DNA of 64,000 bases from an uncultured Polyangiales bacterium (GTDB lineage Bacteria > Myxococcota_A > Polyangia > Polyangiales > GCA-016699535): contig CAZXFW010000002.1 of NCBI GenBank assembly GCA_964640175.1, positions 70,257 through 134,256 on the forward strand, given 5' to 3'. Positions within the stretch are counted from its first letter, which is position 1, and every line of letters begins with the position of its first letter. A program made the translations under genes and the position numbers. Positions 20,074 through 29,554 of the stretch are shown here, piece by piece. The notes beneath the pieces were generated by a model that had not been told where the DNA came from, did no database searches, and saw nothing but the letters and a program-made list of their open reading frames with translations.

Positions 20074-20660
20074 GTTTCTAGCACACCGATTTCAGATAAA
20101 AGCTCAAGCGTTTCTACCGTGGGTAACCCGACAACATTGCTATAGGAACCCTCAATGGCTTGGACAAGTCCCGCGCCCAACCCTTGAATGGCATAACTCC
20201 CTGCCTTGTCCTTTCCTTCGCCGCTTTGGATGTAACGCTCCAGCGTCTCGCGGCTCGCTTCGCGCAGTTTTACCCGCGTCTCAAGGACCTTCACGCCCAT
20301 ACGCCCCTGCCCAGGACCTCGTGCCACCACCGCCGTAAGCACATGGTGCCAACGTCCGCTAAGAGCGCTCACCATGTGTAGCGCTTCGTCATCATGCTGA
20401 GGTTTTCCGAAAATAACGTCATCCAACACCACAATCGTGTCTGCGGCTAACACACACACCATACGCTCGCCCAAACTCTTAAGTACATCGTTTGCCTTGT
20501 ACTCGGCAGCGCGTCGAACATAATCCCGCGGAGATTCCCCCTGCTCTGGAAACGGCTCATCCCGCGACGTAATCACTTCGAAGGTTAACCCAAGCTGTCC
20601 CAGAAGCTCTTTGCGACGAGGGGATGCCGAAGCCAACACCAATGGATAGCGAAGAAGCAT
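20064..20660 (-). CDS. maf: Maf family nucleoside-triphosphate pyrophosphatase (septum formation protein)
   Basis: 198 aa. Contains 'LVLASASPRRKELL', 'ADTIVVLD', 'GKP' and 'KAGSYAIQG'. Confidence 0.9.
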   Translation of the reverse strand: MLLRYPLVLASASPRRKELLGQLGLTFEVITSRDEPFPEQGESPRDYVRRAAEYKANDVLKSLGERMVCVLAADTIVVLDDVIFGKPQHDDEALHMVSALSGRWHHVLTAVVARGPGQGRMGVKVLETRVKLREASRETLERYIQSGEGKDKAGSYAIQGLGAGLVQAIEGSYSNVVGLPTVETLELLSEIGVLETWP

Positions 20661-20662
20661 CG

Positions 20663-22210
20663 TTATGCCGCAGAAGTCGCCTGTCGGTGGCGTTCTAAGA
20701 TACGCATGTAGGTGCGACTGACGTGTTTGGCATCCAACCTCAGCACCTTCGCAAATTCCGCTACGTAGCCACGCACGTACACTTTTTCGGGAAGAGCGCC
20801 AAAATCGTCCTCTTCAATCGCCTTCAGATAGCTTATCCCGATTTTGGTATGACGAGCAATGTAAGCCAAATCCACACCTTGTGCCTCTCGAATCGCGCGA
20901 AGCAACGCGCCATTGTACTGCGTGTCGGGGCCAATCTCTGGAAATAATGCCAATGCATCGATGTTGGGCTTGGATTCTTCTGCTAACGACACCTCAGGGG
21001 CTCGATGCGCTGGAAACAGCGTCTGTTCATAGACACTGCGTCGACTGGGATTGAGTAACACTTCATAGGCTTCGTCAATCTGTCCGCGCAAATGCTGCAA
21101 CTCATCGGAATCAAACAATCCATACGACGCTAACGAGTCGGGACTGTAAATTTCTTTCATGCGCTTACACGCTCTTCGGATTTCTTCGTCGGTTGCTCCA
21201 CGCCCCACTCCGAGAAGCCCAAAATAACTATCGACAGGTGCCGCGTCATAAGGAGCAGCCGTGCGGTCCAACGTCAACAAACGGCGAACGAGTTTTTCAA
21301 TTCCACGGCCAGCTTTGCTGCCAGGGCTTTCGACCATCAAGGGCCGCCGCTTGCGCATACAAAGCCAAGCCGCTTCGTCATAACTGACATGACCAAGGCA
21401 ATCGACACGCAACCCCAAACGCCGCTGAGACGCAATCGCAAGGCCCTCGCCAAGCTGCAGATCCTGCCGCACTCGTGTTTGATTGACCACAAGATGCAGC
21501 CTAAAGGATTCCAGTATCTTACGCGTGTATGGCACAAGAGGGTCATTCTCAGCTTCCAGCCTCTGCAAAAGCTCGTTCGGGGCAGGCACACCGGCAAGCT
21601 TACGCAAGCGTTGGCTCCAGGCTTTGCTCGAACCACGTTCCGGTTGAACGCGCTTTAACCGATGCCAAAAACTGACACGCAAGAAACGTTGTACATTTTC
21701 GATGGCACTGGGATCCGGCGTAGTCACATAAAGCCCCTGGTCCGCTTCAAAGAAAAGCTCTACAAGCGCGCGATCCATACCCTCGCCAAGATCAATCACC
21801 ACATGGTCAGCTTCCAAAGCACGGATATGCTTCGTAAGCGCGCTATAGCGAGCAAGGTTTTTAAGTCCTTCCAGGTATCGATCAACATCGCTGTAAGCGA
21901 CGTGTAAATCTGGATACAAGGTTTCAGCCGCATAAAGACCATCCACGCCATCCAATGACTGAGTTCCGCCGGATTCCGAATTCCCGGACGCACCTGGCGC
22001 CCGCGTTAATCCCAGCAAGGTATGGACGTTGCCACCCAAACGATCGGCATCCACCAACACCACTTTCCGCCCCATCGCAGCCAGACATAACGCCACATTG
22101 ACCGCGATAGTGGTCTTACCCACCCCCCCTTTGGCACCTGCCACAGCGATGACTTTTGGAATCTCTTTGCGGGAGCCGCGAGGATCGTTGCTTGGCCGTA
22201 TCGAAGACAT
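20663..22210 (-). CDS. ParA/MinD-type ATPase fused to a degenerate J-domain and a RodZ-like helix-turn-helix
   Basis: 515 aa. Deviant Walker A 'AGAKGGVGKTT' at aa 24-34. J-domain-like aa ~328-396 ('YFGLLGV...ATDEEIRRACKRMKEIYSPD...IDEAYEVLLNPSRRSVYE'), with SPD where HPD is expected. C-terminal 'LAYIARHTKIGISYLKAIEEDDFGALPEKVYVRGYV' matches the RodZ/HTH_25 pattern. Confidence 0.75.
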   Translation of the reverse strand: MSSIRPSNDPRGSRKEIPKVIAVAGAKGGVGKTTIAVNVALCLAAMGRKVVLVDADRLGGNVHTLLGLTRAPGASGNSESGGTQSLDGVDGLYAAETLYPDLHVAYSDVDRYLEGLKNLARYSALTKHIRALEADHVVIDLGEGMDRALVELFFEADQGLYVTTPDPSAIENVQRFLRVSFWHRLKRVQPERGSSKAWSQRLRKLAGVPAPNELLQRLEAENDPLVPYTRKILESFRLHLVVNQTRVRQDLQLGEGLAIASQRRLGLRVDCLGHVSYDEAAWLCMRKRRPLMVESPGSKAGRGIEKLVRRLLTLDRTAAPYDAAPVDSYFGLLGVGRGATDEEIRRACKRMKEIYSPDSLASYGLFDSDELQHLRGQIDEAYEVLLNPSRRSVYEQTLFPAHRAPEVSLAEESKPNIDALALFPEIGPDTQYNGALLRAIREAQGVDLAYIARHTKIGISYLKAIEEDDFGALPEKVYVRGYVAEFAKVLRLDAKHVSRTYMRILERHRQATSAA

Positions 22211-22339
22211 GAAGCGTTACCTTGAAACTGGAGCCGCCTTGTAGCACGCCAGAAGCCTCACTGCATGCTCGGCCATGGATACCGAAAAATACCGGCCTGC
22301 CATTAGGAAACCCCTGCCCAGCACACGCGATAACCCAGC

Positions 22340-23557
22340 ATGCGTGTGTATTGGAATGGGTGGGCGATTGTCCTGTGGCTGTCTTTGGGAGGATGCCTGC
22401 AAGATCCCTCCTACGAAGACCATTCTTCCCAATCGGACCTCTTAGGCCTCACAAGCTGGCCGGCCGATGGTACCCAAAATGTACCGCTTAATCTCCGCTT
22501 CGTCGCTTTACGCTTTGATGAGCCTGTTTCGGACTCCGGTATCCTCGTTCTGTACGATGAGACATCCCAACAAGAGATGCCTTTACAACCACTAAGCGCA
22601 CCCTGTCATGCCATCGGTTGGTCAACCGGGCACTGCATGCTTGCTAAGCCAGTCAACGATCTTTTGCCTCACACGGCCTACCGATTGTCATGGCAATCAT
22701 CGACTGCCTCCGAAACGTCGCCATTGAAAAGCTGGCAAACAATCTTTCATACCGGCGCTTCCCATGACAAGGCTGCGCCTCATTGGCAACCTGAAACCTG
22801 TGCGATGGACGAGCATGCCTTGGACGTTGGGTGCCTGCTTCTAAGCGATCATGACTTGGCGCTTCGAGTCTTTAGTGACGAGCCTATCCGTCTGTGGCTT
22901 GAGACTGACTATGGCGCGACGCAGGTACTCGCCCCGCGAGGCATCGCTTCGTTGCATCTGACCGCATTGCCTGCAGATAGCCAGATACCTGTCATGCTCA
23001 CTGCAGCAGACGCAGCCGACAATGTCAGCCGTATCGATTTCGTCGTCCATACAGAAAAGGATCTTCCGATGCTCAGCATCACCAAAGTCTTGGCCAATCC
23101 CCGAGGCAAAGAGCCCCAGCAAGAGTTCATCGAAATTCACAATTTCGGCTCCATCCCCATAGAATTGTTAGGATTTCAGGTTTCAGACCGTTCCGATCAT
23201 CCAGGTGACATCATCGCCCAAACTTCCACTTTGTCCGCAGGTGCGCGGGCGTTAGTGGTGTCCTCTCACTTTGATACCACTGCCACCGACGATGGCGTGA
23301 TTCCCGAAGGCTTGCCGTTGATTCGTGTCGACGAATCGCTTGGAAGCGGAGGATTGGCAAATTCCGGAGAGCCCCTCTTCCTGAGAGATTCGCAAGGCCG
23401 GCGACTCTCTGCCGTTCCCGCGGTTTCAGCGCCCAAGCCAGGCGTGTGCTTGTTTCGCAGTGGCCAAGATCCCCGTAGTGACAGTCTTGAACATTTCTCG
23501 TACGAGCCCTTATGGGACTGTGCGCCAGGGCACCCTGTCCCACCACCCCATGACTGA
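22340..23557 (+). CDS. lipoprotein with C-terminal lamin-tail domain (LTD)
   Basis: 405 aa. Lipobox LSLGGC. C-terminal 'ITKVLANPRGKEPQQEFIEIHNFGSIPIELLGFQVSD...ANSGEPLFLRDSQGRRL' is the LTD signature. The N-terminal half is probably Ig-like. Confidence 0.65.
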   Translation: MRVYWNGWAIVLWLSLGGCLQDPSYEDHSSQSDLLGLTSWPADGTQNVPLNLRFVALRFDEPVSDSGILVLYDETSQQEMPLQPLSAPCHAIGWSTGHCMLAKPVNDLLPHTAYRLSWQSSTASETSPLKSWQTIFHTGASHDKAAPHWQPETCAMDEHALDVGCLLLSDHDLALRVFSDEPIRLWLETDYGATQVLAPRGIASLHLTALPADSQIPVMLTAADAADNVSRIDFVVHTEKDLPMLSITKVLANPRGKEPQQEFIEIHNFGSIPIELLGFQVSDRSDHPGDIIAQTSTLSAGARALVVSSHFDTTATDDGVIPEGLPLIRVDESLGSGGLANSGEPLFLRDSQGRRLSAVPAVSAPKPGVCLFRSGQDPRSDSLEHFSYEPLWDCAPGHPVPPPHD

Positions 23558-25748
23558 ACCGCTTCCCTTTGTCCGATCAGATGCCTCAGAGCTTCGAGGC
23601 CAGGTGGAAGCCACGATTTATCGCAGCCCTGATGAGCGCTTTGCCGTCCTTCGCATTAAGGAGTCTACCCATGGTCAGCTCGCTACCGTCGTCGGACCAT
23701 TGGGTACGGTAGCCGAAGGAGAATCTCTGCGCCTCAAAGGGCGATGGACCAAACATCCCAAACACGGCGAGCGTTTCGTCGTTGAAAATTTCAGTCCGAT
23801 TCCACCGACCACACTGGATGGATTGATCAAATACCTTGGATCTGGATTGATCCCCGGTGTAGGCCCATCCGTCGCAGAACGCATTGTTAAACGGTTTGGC
23901 ACAAAAACGCTGGATATCATCACCACTCAATCCGCGAGATTGCGCGAAGTCAAAGGGGTGGGTAACGCAAGAGCTCAGGCCATTGCCACGGCCGTGCGCA
24001 CACGGCGACAAGAAGCAGAGTCATTGGCGTACCTGCACGGCCTGAATATTGGCCCCGCACTCGCTCGCAAAATTTACACCCGATACAAAGATCACACCGC
24101 CCAGGCCATTGAGTCCGATCCCTATAAGGTGGCCGAAGAGATTTCAGGCGTGGGATTTCGAACCGCGGACCGAATCGGTCTTGCGGCGGGATTTGCTCAC
24201 GATGACATTCGAAGAGTTAAAAGCGCAGTGCGTTATGTCCTTTTTCGTGCCTCCGAAGAAGGACACACGTACCTTTCCTATAACGAACTGGCTCACGCAT
24301 TGGCGGGCTATGCCGTGTCTGATACCGCCTTGGCCTCTGCGCTAAGTCAGCTGGATGAGCGCGGGGAAATTCGCATCGAGGACCAAGCGATCTTTCTTAG
24401 CGCTTTGTTCGCAGCAGAATGTTACGTTGCACAACGCCTGAGCCAATTGGCACAGCCTCGAACACCGCCCGAAGAAGCGTGCGCTGCCGAGGACAAGAGC
24501 CAAGCCACGCTCGAAACACTCTCACCGCTACAACGGCAAGCTGCAGCATCCAGCTTACGCTCAGGACTATTGGTGCTCACCGGCGGCCCTGGCACAGGCA
24601 AGACCACTGCCGTATCTGCGATACTTCATGTCCATCGTGCCGCAAACCATCGTGTCGCTCTTTGCGCCCCTACCGGACGCGCTGCCAAGCGGCTTTCCGA
24701 AGCCACAGGACATCCAGCCTCTACGATACACCGGTTGCTGGAATGGAACCCTTCGACAGCGTCGTTCAGCCGCAACGCTCGCATGCCACTCGACGCAGAC
24801 TTGGTACTGATCGACGAAGCCTCCATGCTCGATTTACCCTTGTGCCAACATCTGCTGGCCGCCATTTCAGACACCGCGTCTGTGGTGTTTGTGGGTGATG
24901 TCAACCAACTGCCGCCTATAGGGCCAGGCCACGTGCTTCGGGCTATCCTCGACAGTCAGGTAGGGACGGTCATCCGCTTAAGCCAAGTTTTTCGTCAAGC
25001 AGAAAAAAGTGCCATTGTACGCGCAGCCCATGCATTGCTTCAGGGTAAGCTTACGCACGAGGCGCCCGCTACCCCTACCGGAGACGGCGATTTGTTCGTC
25101 CTTCGCACCAAAGACAGCACACGCAGCATTGAGAAGCTCCTTTACATGGTAGAGCGCATTCGACAGGTCTACAAACTCGATTCCGTACACGATGTGCAAG
25201 TGCTTAGTGCCATGCGCAAAGGTCAAGCCGGCATTGACGCGCTAAACGAAATACTGCAAACGAAACTCAATCCCTCAACAGCAGGCTCCCCCCCAAACAC
25301 ATTGCGACTGGGTGACAAAGTCATGCAACTTCGCAATGACTACGACCGCGATGTCTACAACGGAGATTTGGGAAGAGTGGCTTCTATCCAAGACGGCAAC
25401 ATCGTCATTGACTTCGATGGCCGCAACGTGGCCTATGGCACCAAAGACCTCGATGCGCTTACGTTAGCCTATGCGTGCACGATTCATAAAGCCCAAGGCA
25501 GCGAGTTTCCGGCTGTTATCATCATTTTAGACACCGGGCATCATGTGCTGCTCAATCGATCTTTGCTGTACACGGCCATGACCCGTGCCCGAAAGCTCGC
25601 CGTGATCATCGGCCCGGAACGAGCCTTAGAACGTGCTGCGCGAAATGTTTCAAGTCGTCAGGCAAACACGCGATTGAATATTCGATTGGCTACGAACGCA
25701 AAAGCGCTGCAAGCACGCCATCATGAAACGCCGGGCGAAACCCCTTAA
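23550..25748 (+). CDS. recD2: RecD2-type SF1 DNA helicase (RecD-like, YrrC family)
   Basis: Contains 'VLTGGPGTGKTT', 'LIDEASMLD', 'VFVGDVNQLPPIGPG', 'CTIHKAQGSEFPAVI' and 'LLYTAMTRARKLAVI'. Start placed at ATG 23550 (MTEPLPF), which overlaps the upstream stop as ATGACTGA. Confidence 0.88.
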   Translation: MTEPLPFVRSDASELRGQVEATIYRSPDERFAVLRIKESTHGQLATVVGPLGTVAEGESLRLKGRWTKHPKHGERFVVENFSPIPPTTLDGLIKYLGSGLIPGVGPSVAERIVKRFGTKTLDIITTQSARLREVKGVGNARAQAIATAVRTRRQEAESLAYLHGLNIGPALARKIYTRYKDHTAQAIESDPYKVAEEISGVGFRTADRIGLAAGFAHDDIRRVKSAVRYVLFRASEEGHTYLSYNELAHALAGYAVSDTALASALSQLDERGEIRIEDQAIFLSALFAAECYVAQRLSQLAQPRTPPEEACAAEDKSQATLETLSPLQRQAAASSLRSGLLVLTGGPGTGKTTAVSAILHVHRAANHRVALCAPTGRAAKRLSEATGHPASTIHRLLEWNPSTASFSRNARMPLDADLVLIDEASMLDLPLCQHLLAAISDTASVVFVGDVNQLPPIGPGHVLRAILDSQVGTVIRLSQVFRQAEKSAIVRAAHALLQGKLTHEAPATPTGDGDLFVLRTKDSTRSIEKLLYMVERIRQVYKLDSVHDVQVLSAMRKGQAGIDALNEILQTKLNPSTAGSPPNTLRLGDKVMQLRNDYDRDVYNGDLGRVASIQDGNIVIDFDGRNVAYGTKDLDALTLAYACTIHKAQGSEFPAVIIILDTGHHVLLNRSLLYTAMTRARKLAVIIGPERALERAARNVSSRQANTRLNIRLATNAKALQARHHETPGETP

Positions 25749-26802
25749 TTTTTTCATTCGCACGGCTTGGATGTACACGATTGGTCAAGAGTGCGACCAC
25801 CACGTCGTTACTTGGATCACACCATAGCGAGGTCCCCGTAAATCCCAGGTGCCCAAAACTATCTGCCCCCATACGCTTACCAGCCGAACTCCCTTCGGCA
25901 GACTTCGCCTCCCAGCCAAAGAGATGAGGGTCCCCATCCCCGCGATCACGCAGCGCCTGTCGCAACTCCTCTGCTGGAATAAAATTCGAACGCCCCGCTA
26001 ACGACTCAAGCATGGCTCGGCCAAACCGTGCAACACCACGTGCGTTTCCAAACAATCCCGCATGACCTGCCACGCCACCAAACGCCGCAGCATTTTCGTC
26101 GTGCACTTCACCTCGAATAAGCCGGCCACGCCACTCACACCATTCTGTAGGCGCTGCGCTTGCAATAATGCGTGCGCGCTTGTCTGGCGGAAATGAAGCC
26201 GGATAAAAGACATCGTTTTGAATCCCCAACGGCTCAGTGATCTCCGTGCGAACGAGATAATCGAGACTCTTGCCCATTTGACGCGCCATGGCTTCGCCTG
26301 CAATCAAATAGCCCAGGTCACTGTACACAACACCTTCGTTGGCTTCCTTGCGGCGCCGTGATGCCTCGCTTAAGATCCATCGCCGTGCTGCAGGGCTACC
26401 CACGTCATGAGGCACATCCAGATACAGGCCACCCCACGCAGAAAGCTTGGACCGGTGAGTGAGAAGCGTTTCTAACGTGGCCTCTCCGCCCACCCCCCCG
26501 CGCACATCGGGCAACATCCGATCGGCTCGGGTATCGAGCGCCACCCTGCCAGCCTCTAGCACGCGTAATACCGTCATAGCCACAAAGGGCTTCGTGACAG
26601 AAGCCAAGTCATAGAGCGTATTGGCCGAAACAGGACCTAGATCCCCAGAGAGCTTTCCAGCCCAAGCCTCGACAAACATAGCCGTATCGCCCTCTCGCCA
26701 GCCTACACAAGCAACCCCGCCAGGAAACACATTCCCGGTCACGCCTGCTTTAAGCAGGCGTGTTGCCTCAGCCTTGATACGGTCGTGACTGTCAGAACTC
26801 AC
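25690..26802 (-). CDS. serine hydrolase, beta-lactamase/class C-like family
   Basis: 370 aa. Catalytic 'ASVTKPF' (S-x-x-K), plus 'YSDLGY' and 'GHLGFTGTSLW' blocks. Confidence 0.8.
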   Translation of the reverse strand: MSSDSHDRIKAEATRLLKAGVTGNVFPGGVACVGWREGDTAMFVEAWAGKLSGDLGPVSANTLYDLASVTKPFVAMTVLRVLEAGRVALDTRADRMLPDVRGGVGGEATLETLLTHRSKLSAWGGLYLDVPHDVGSPAARRWILSEASRRRKEANEGVVYSDLGYLIAGEAMARQMGKSLDYLVRTEITEPLGIQNDVFYPASFPPDKRARIIASAAPTEWCEWRGRLIRGEVHDENAAAFGGVAGHAGLFGNARGVARFGRAMLESLAGRSNFIPAEELRQALRDRGDGDPHLFGWEAKSAEGSSAGKRMGADSFGHLGFTGTSLWCDPSNDVVVALLTNRVHPSRANEKIKGFRPAFHDGVLAALLRS

Positions 26803-27101
26803 CCCCCTGTACCTACCGAACCCTGAGCCTAAGGTCCAGGAAAACCGTAATCTTCGGATCTACAGGACAACGAAACGCCTTGCCACCAGGCGTATCCGCA
26901 ACAGCAACCTTCTAAGCCAACCCCACCAAGTTGACAGAATCCATGGCAATTTGCTCCCAAACGCACTAAAGAGCAACCTCGCATCAACGTTACGGCCTGA
27001 ATTTCTTACTTGCCCATCGCAGGCAGGTCCCGTAGCGTGTCGCCCGATCGAATTAATACGCGGGGCCCCGGGCCGCGCGAATGTACGCAAACGAGGAAGC
27101 T

Positions 27102-27767
27102 ATGAACATTCAAGAACGCATGACCGCTTTCGCGATGCTAGGGGCCAGCTGGGTGATGTGGCTATTGGTTGGCCTCTCTGTCATATGCCTTGCGGTGGTG
27201 ATTGAACGCGGGTTGTTTTTATGGACCTGCCGCGACAACATCGCAAAACTCAAGACGGATCTTTTCGATCGCCTTAAACAAGGAGATCTCAACGGAGCCA
27301 AACAGCGCCTGGGGTTTTCGAAATCTTTTGAAGCTCGGATCGTCAATGCAGGATTGGAATCCTCCGAATCTGGAGCTGCTTCCGCAGAAGAACGCATGGC
27401 AGGCGAATCGATTTCCGCCAAATTGCAAATGGAACGTTACCTGGCCTTTCTCGGCACGGTAGGCAACAATGCACCGTTTGTCGGACTGCTAGGCACCGTC
27501 ATTGGCGTCATTCGAGCATTTCAATCCCTTGAACACAGTTCAGGGCAGGTCTCTGAAGGCCTGATGACAGAAATCGGAGAAGCATTGGTTGCTACCGCCA
27601 TCGGAATTTTGGTCGCATTGCCTGCAGTCGCGTTTTATAACTACTTTCAACGCTTGGTAAAAACCAGGCTGTCCCAAGCAGATTCGCTGGGTCGCGAAGT
27701 GCTCGCTTACCTGAAAGCCCAACCCAAAGCAGCCACCTTGTCATCTCGGCCCACGATTGTGGAGTAA
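27102..27767 (+). CDS. exbB: MotA/TolQ/ExbB family proton-channel protein
   Basis: Three TM segments. Contains 'LGTVGNNAPFVGLLGTVIGVIRAF' and 'EALVATAIGILVALPAVAFYNYF'. Start at the ATG preceded by GAGGAAG. The ORF track starts at 27081. Confidence 0.88.
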   Translation: MNIQERMTAFAMLGASWVMWLLVGLSVICLAVVIERGLFLWTCRDNIAKLKTDLFDRLKQGDLNGAKQRLGFSKSFEARIVNAGLESSESGAASAEERMAGESISAKLQMERYLAFLGTVGNNAPFVGLLGTVIGVIRAFQSLEHSSGQVSEGLMTEIGEALVATAIGILVALPAVAFYNYFQRLVKTRLSQADSLGREVLAYLKAQPKAATLSSRPTIVE

Positions 27768-27769
27768 CC

Positions 27770-28192
27770 ATGGCTGCGACTTCCGGAAATTCAGGCGACG
27801 ACGAGCTCATTACAGCCATCAACGTCACACCGTTGGTGGATATCGTCCTGGTACTCCTTATCATCCTCATGGTGACCGCTAGCTACATCGTATCGCAAAC
27901 CATTCCCATGGAATTGCCTACCGCCAAAACTGGAGAGGCAATCGCCAGCACCCAGATTTCCCTATCCATTGATCAGCAAGGAGCGTTTTACATCAACGGA
28001 CAGCCCGTGTCTGATCAAGACCTACGCAAACGCGCCCATGAACTGGTCCAATCGGCCAAAGAGCCGCGTGCGATCATCGCCGCACACGGCAAAACGACTC
28101 ACGCAAGAGTTGTGCAGGCCATCGATATCTTGCGGCAAGAAAAGGTCACAAAGTTCGCCATTAATGTGCGTCCCGAAGACCTCGCCAAATGA
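27770..28192 (+). CDS. exbD: ExbD/TolR family biopolymer transport protein
   Basis: 140 aa. 'INVTPLVDIVLVLLIILMV' carries the conserved Asp in the TM segment. Lies 2 nt after exbB. Confidence 0.88.
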   Translation: MAATSGNSGDDELITAINVTPLVDIVLVLLIILMVTASYIVSQTIPMELPTAKTGEAIASTQISLSIDQQGAFYINGQPVSDQDLRKRAHELVQSAKEPRAIIAAHGKTTHARVVQAIDILRQEKVTKFAINVRPEDLAK

Positions 28193-28195
28193 TGG

Positions 28196-28930
28196 ATGAC
28201 ATTGTCCCGCGGACCTCTGCTAACCTGGGCCTGGCCCATTTTAACAAGCTTGGCACTGCACGGCTTGGTTTTGGTGGGGGCTGTTTCCCTTGCGAAAGGC
28301 GTATCTTCTCGCGCACCTGCCGAAACATCGATCGCCATCAAAGTAGTCGACATGCCGTTTGGTACAGAAGCGGAAGCTGCACTATTTGAACCACCTGCAC
28401 CGGCGGCTTCTTCTCCTAAACAAACAGACACCGCACCCTCTGCTCGGCCTGTGTCGCCAGCACCCTCTCCCAATGCAAGTGACACCATCGTAGATTTGAA
28501 AGATGTCGTGCTAAGCAATCCAGGCGCTTCCGTTCCCTCCAATGTGCCAACCCAGTCCAACACGTCTTCAGGCGCCGGTACGACGCCGGGCTCAGGGCGT
28601 GCCGTTGGCCTCCCTACTGGGGTGGTCGGCGTACCAAGCCTATCTCGCAGACCACAACCTCTAAGTGACATTCGCGCTGATCTTGAGCGTAATTATCCTA
28701 GAAAGGCGCAAGCTATGGGCATCGAAGGTTCAGCCCAGGTACGGCTTCGCGTGCTACCCGATGGAAAACCCACACAACTCACACTAAGCACCCAAACAGG
28801 CCAGCATGGGTTCGGCGAAGCTTGCATCAAAACACTACAACGCTCTCGTTGGAGCCCGCCACTGGATCGAAAAGGCACCCCCGTAGCGACGGATATTATC
28901 TTTACATGTGTCTTTGAAATCCGTTACTAG
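28196..28930 (+). CDS. tonB: TonB family energy-transducer protein
   Basis: 244 aa. N-terminal TM, Pro/Ala/Ser-rich linker, and a C-terminal TonB_C domain ('YPRKAQAMGIEGSAQVRLRVLPDGKP...CIKTL...WSPPLDRKGTPVAT'). Confidence 0.82.
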   Translation: MTLSRGPLLTWAWPILTSLALHGLVLVGAVSLAKGVSSRAPAETSIAIKVVDMPFGTEAEAALFEPPAPAASSPKQTDTAPSARPVSPAPSPNASDTIVDLKDVVLSNPGASVPSNVPTQSNTSSGAGTTPGSGRAVGLPTGVVGVPSLSRRPQPLSDIRADLERNYPRKAQAMGIEGSAQVRLRVLPDGKPTQLTLSTQTGQHGFGEACIKTLQRSRWSPPLDRKGTPVATDIIFTCVFEIRY

Positions 28931-28936
28931 GTCCGT

Positions 28937-29554
28937 ATGCTCTCGTGGCGTCGTGTAGTTAATAAACCGACCACCGTCGTTGTCGTTGGCATCGCCACCC
29001 TGTCCTTTTTTGGCTTGGGATGTCAGCCTAAAAAGCTGCCAGGAGAGCCGATTGGGATCTACCACGTTGTAGGCACGCTGGTTGATAACGAATGTGGTTC
29101 CCAGGCAGTGCCTGCAGAAAACCCATTGGTATTTCGAGTAGAGCTCCGGGCTGATGGCGAAAAAGCCTATTGGCACCGTGCCGATCTGCCTGTGGTCTCA
29201 GGCATACTCATCCCTTCTACGGGACGCTTCCTCTTTAGTGCACAAAGCGTCTGGACTGCCATTGCTGCCGATCCCAACCTTGACTACCCCGGCTGTACCC
29301 TCAATCAGCAGGACACCATTGAAGGCACCTTAGAGGCTTCCGATGAGTCATCCGAGGACGTGCAGGACGATGCAGGGAGCGATGCCGGACTCGATACCGA
29401 CGAATGGACAGGCACAGAACGCATTGAAATGACCCCAGCGGCAGGATCCAACTGCTTGCCTGCGCTCATCACCGCCGGAGGTGGCTTTCAATCCCTGCCT
29501 TGCAGTATCAACTATGATCTGTTAGGGACCCTGCTCCCTGAATCGGGCGGGTAG
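28937..29554 (+). CDS. hypothetical lipoprotein (last gene of the exbBD-tonB operon)
   Basis: 205 aa. Lipobox FGLGC and an acidic C-terminal patch. Lies 6 nt after tonB. Its stop codon sits inside the tRNA-Val gene. Confidence 0.55.
   Translation: MLSWRRVVNKPTTVVVVGIATLSFFGLGCQPKKLPGEPIGIYHVVGTLVDNECGSQAVPAENPLVFRVELRADGEKAYWHRADLPVVSGILIPSTGRFLFSAQSVWTAIAADPNLDYPGCTLNQQDTIEGTLEASDESSEDVQDDAGSDAGLDTDEWTGTERIEMTPAAGSNCLPALITAGGGFQSLPCSINYDLLGTLLPESGG

Noticed and set aside
23460-23549. Upstream 30-codon extension of the recD2 ORF
   Set aside because: It would overlap the LTD gene by 98 nt and adds no recognisable helicase sequence. The ATG at 23550 gives the common ATGA-type coupling.
28099-28671. 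190-aa minus-strand ORF opposite tonB
   Set aside because: It is the complement of the Pro/Ala/Ser-rich TonB linker, which naturally stays open on the opposite strand. It has no start context or motifs.
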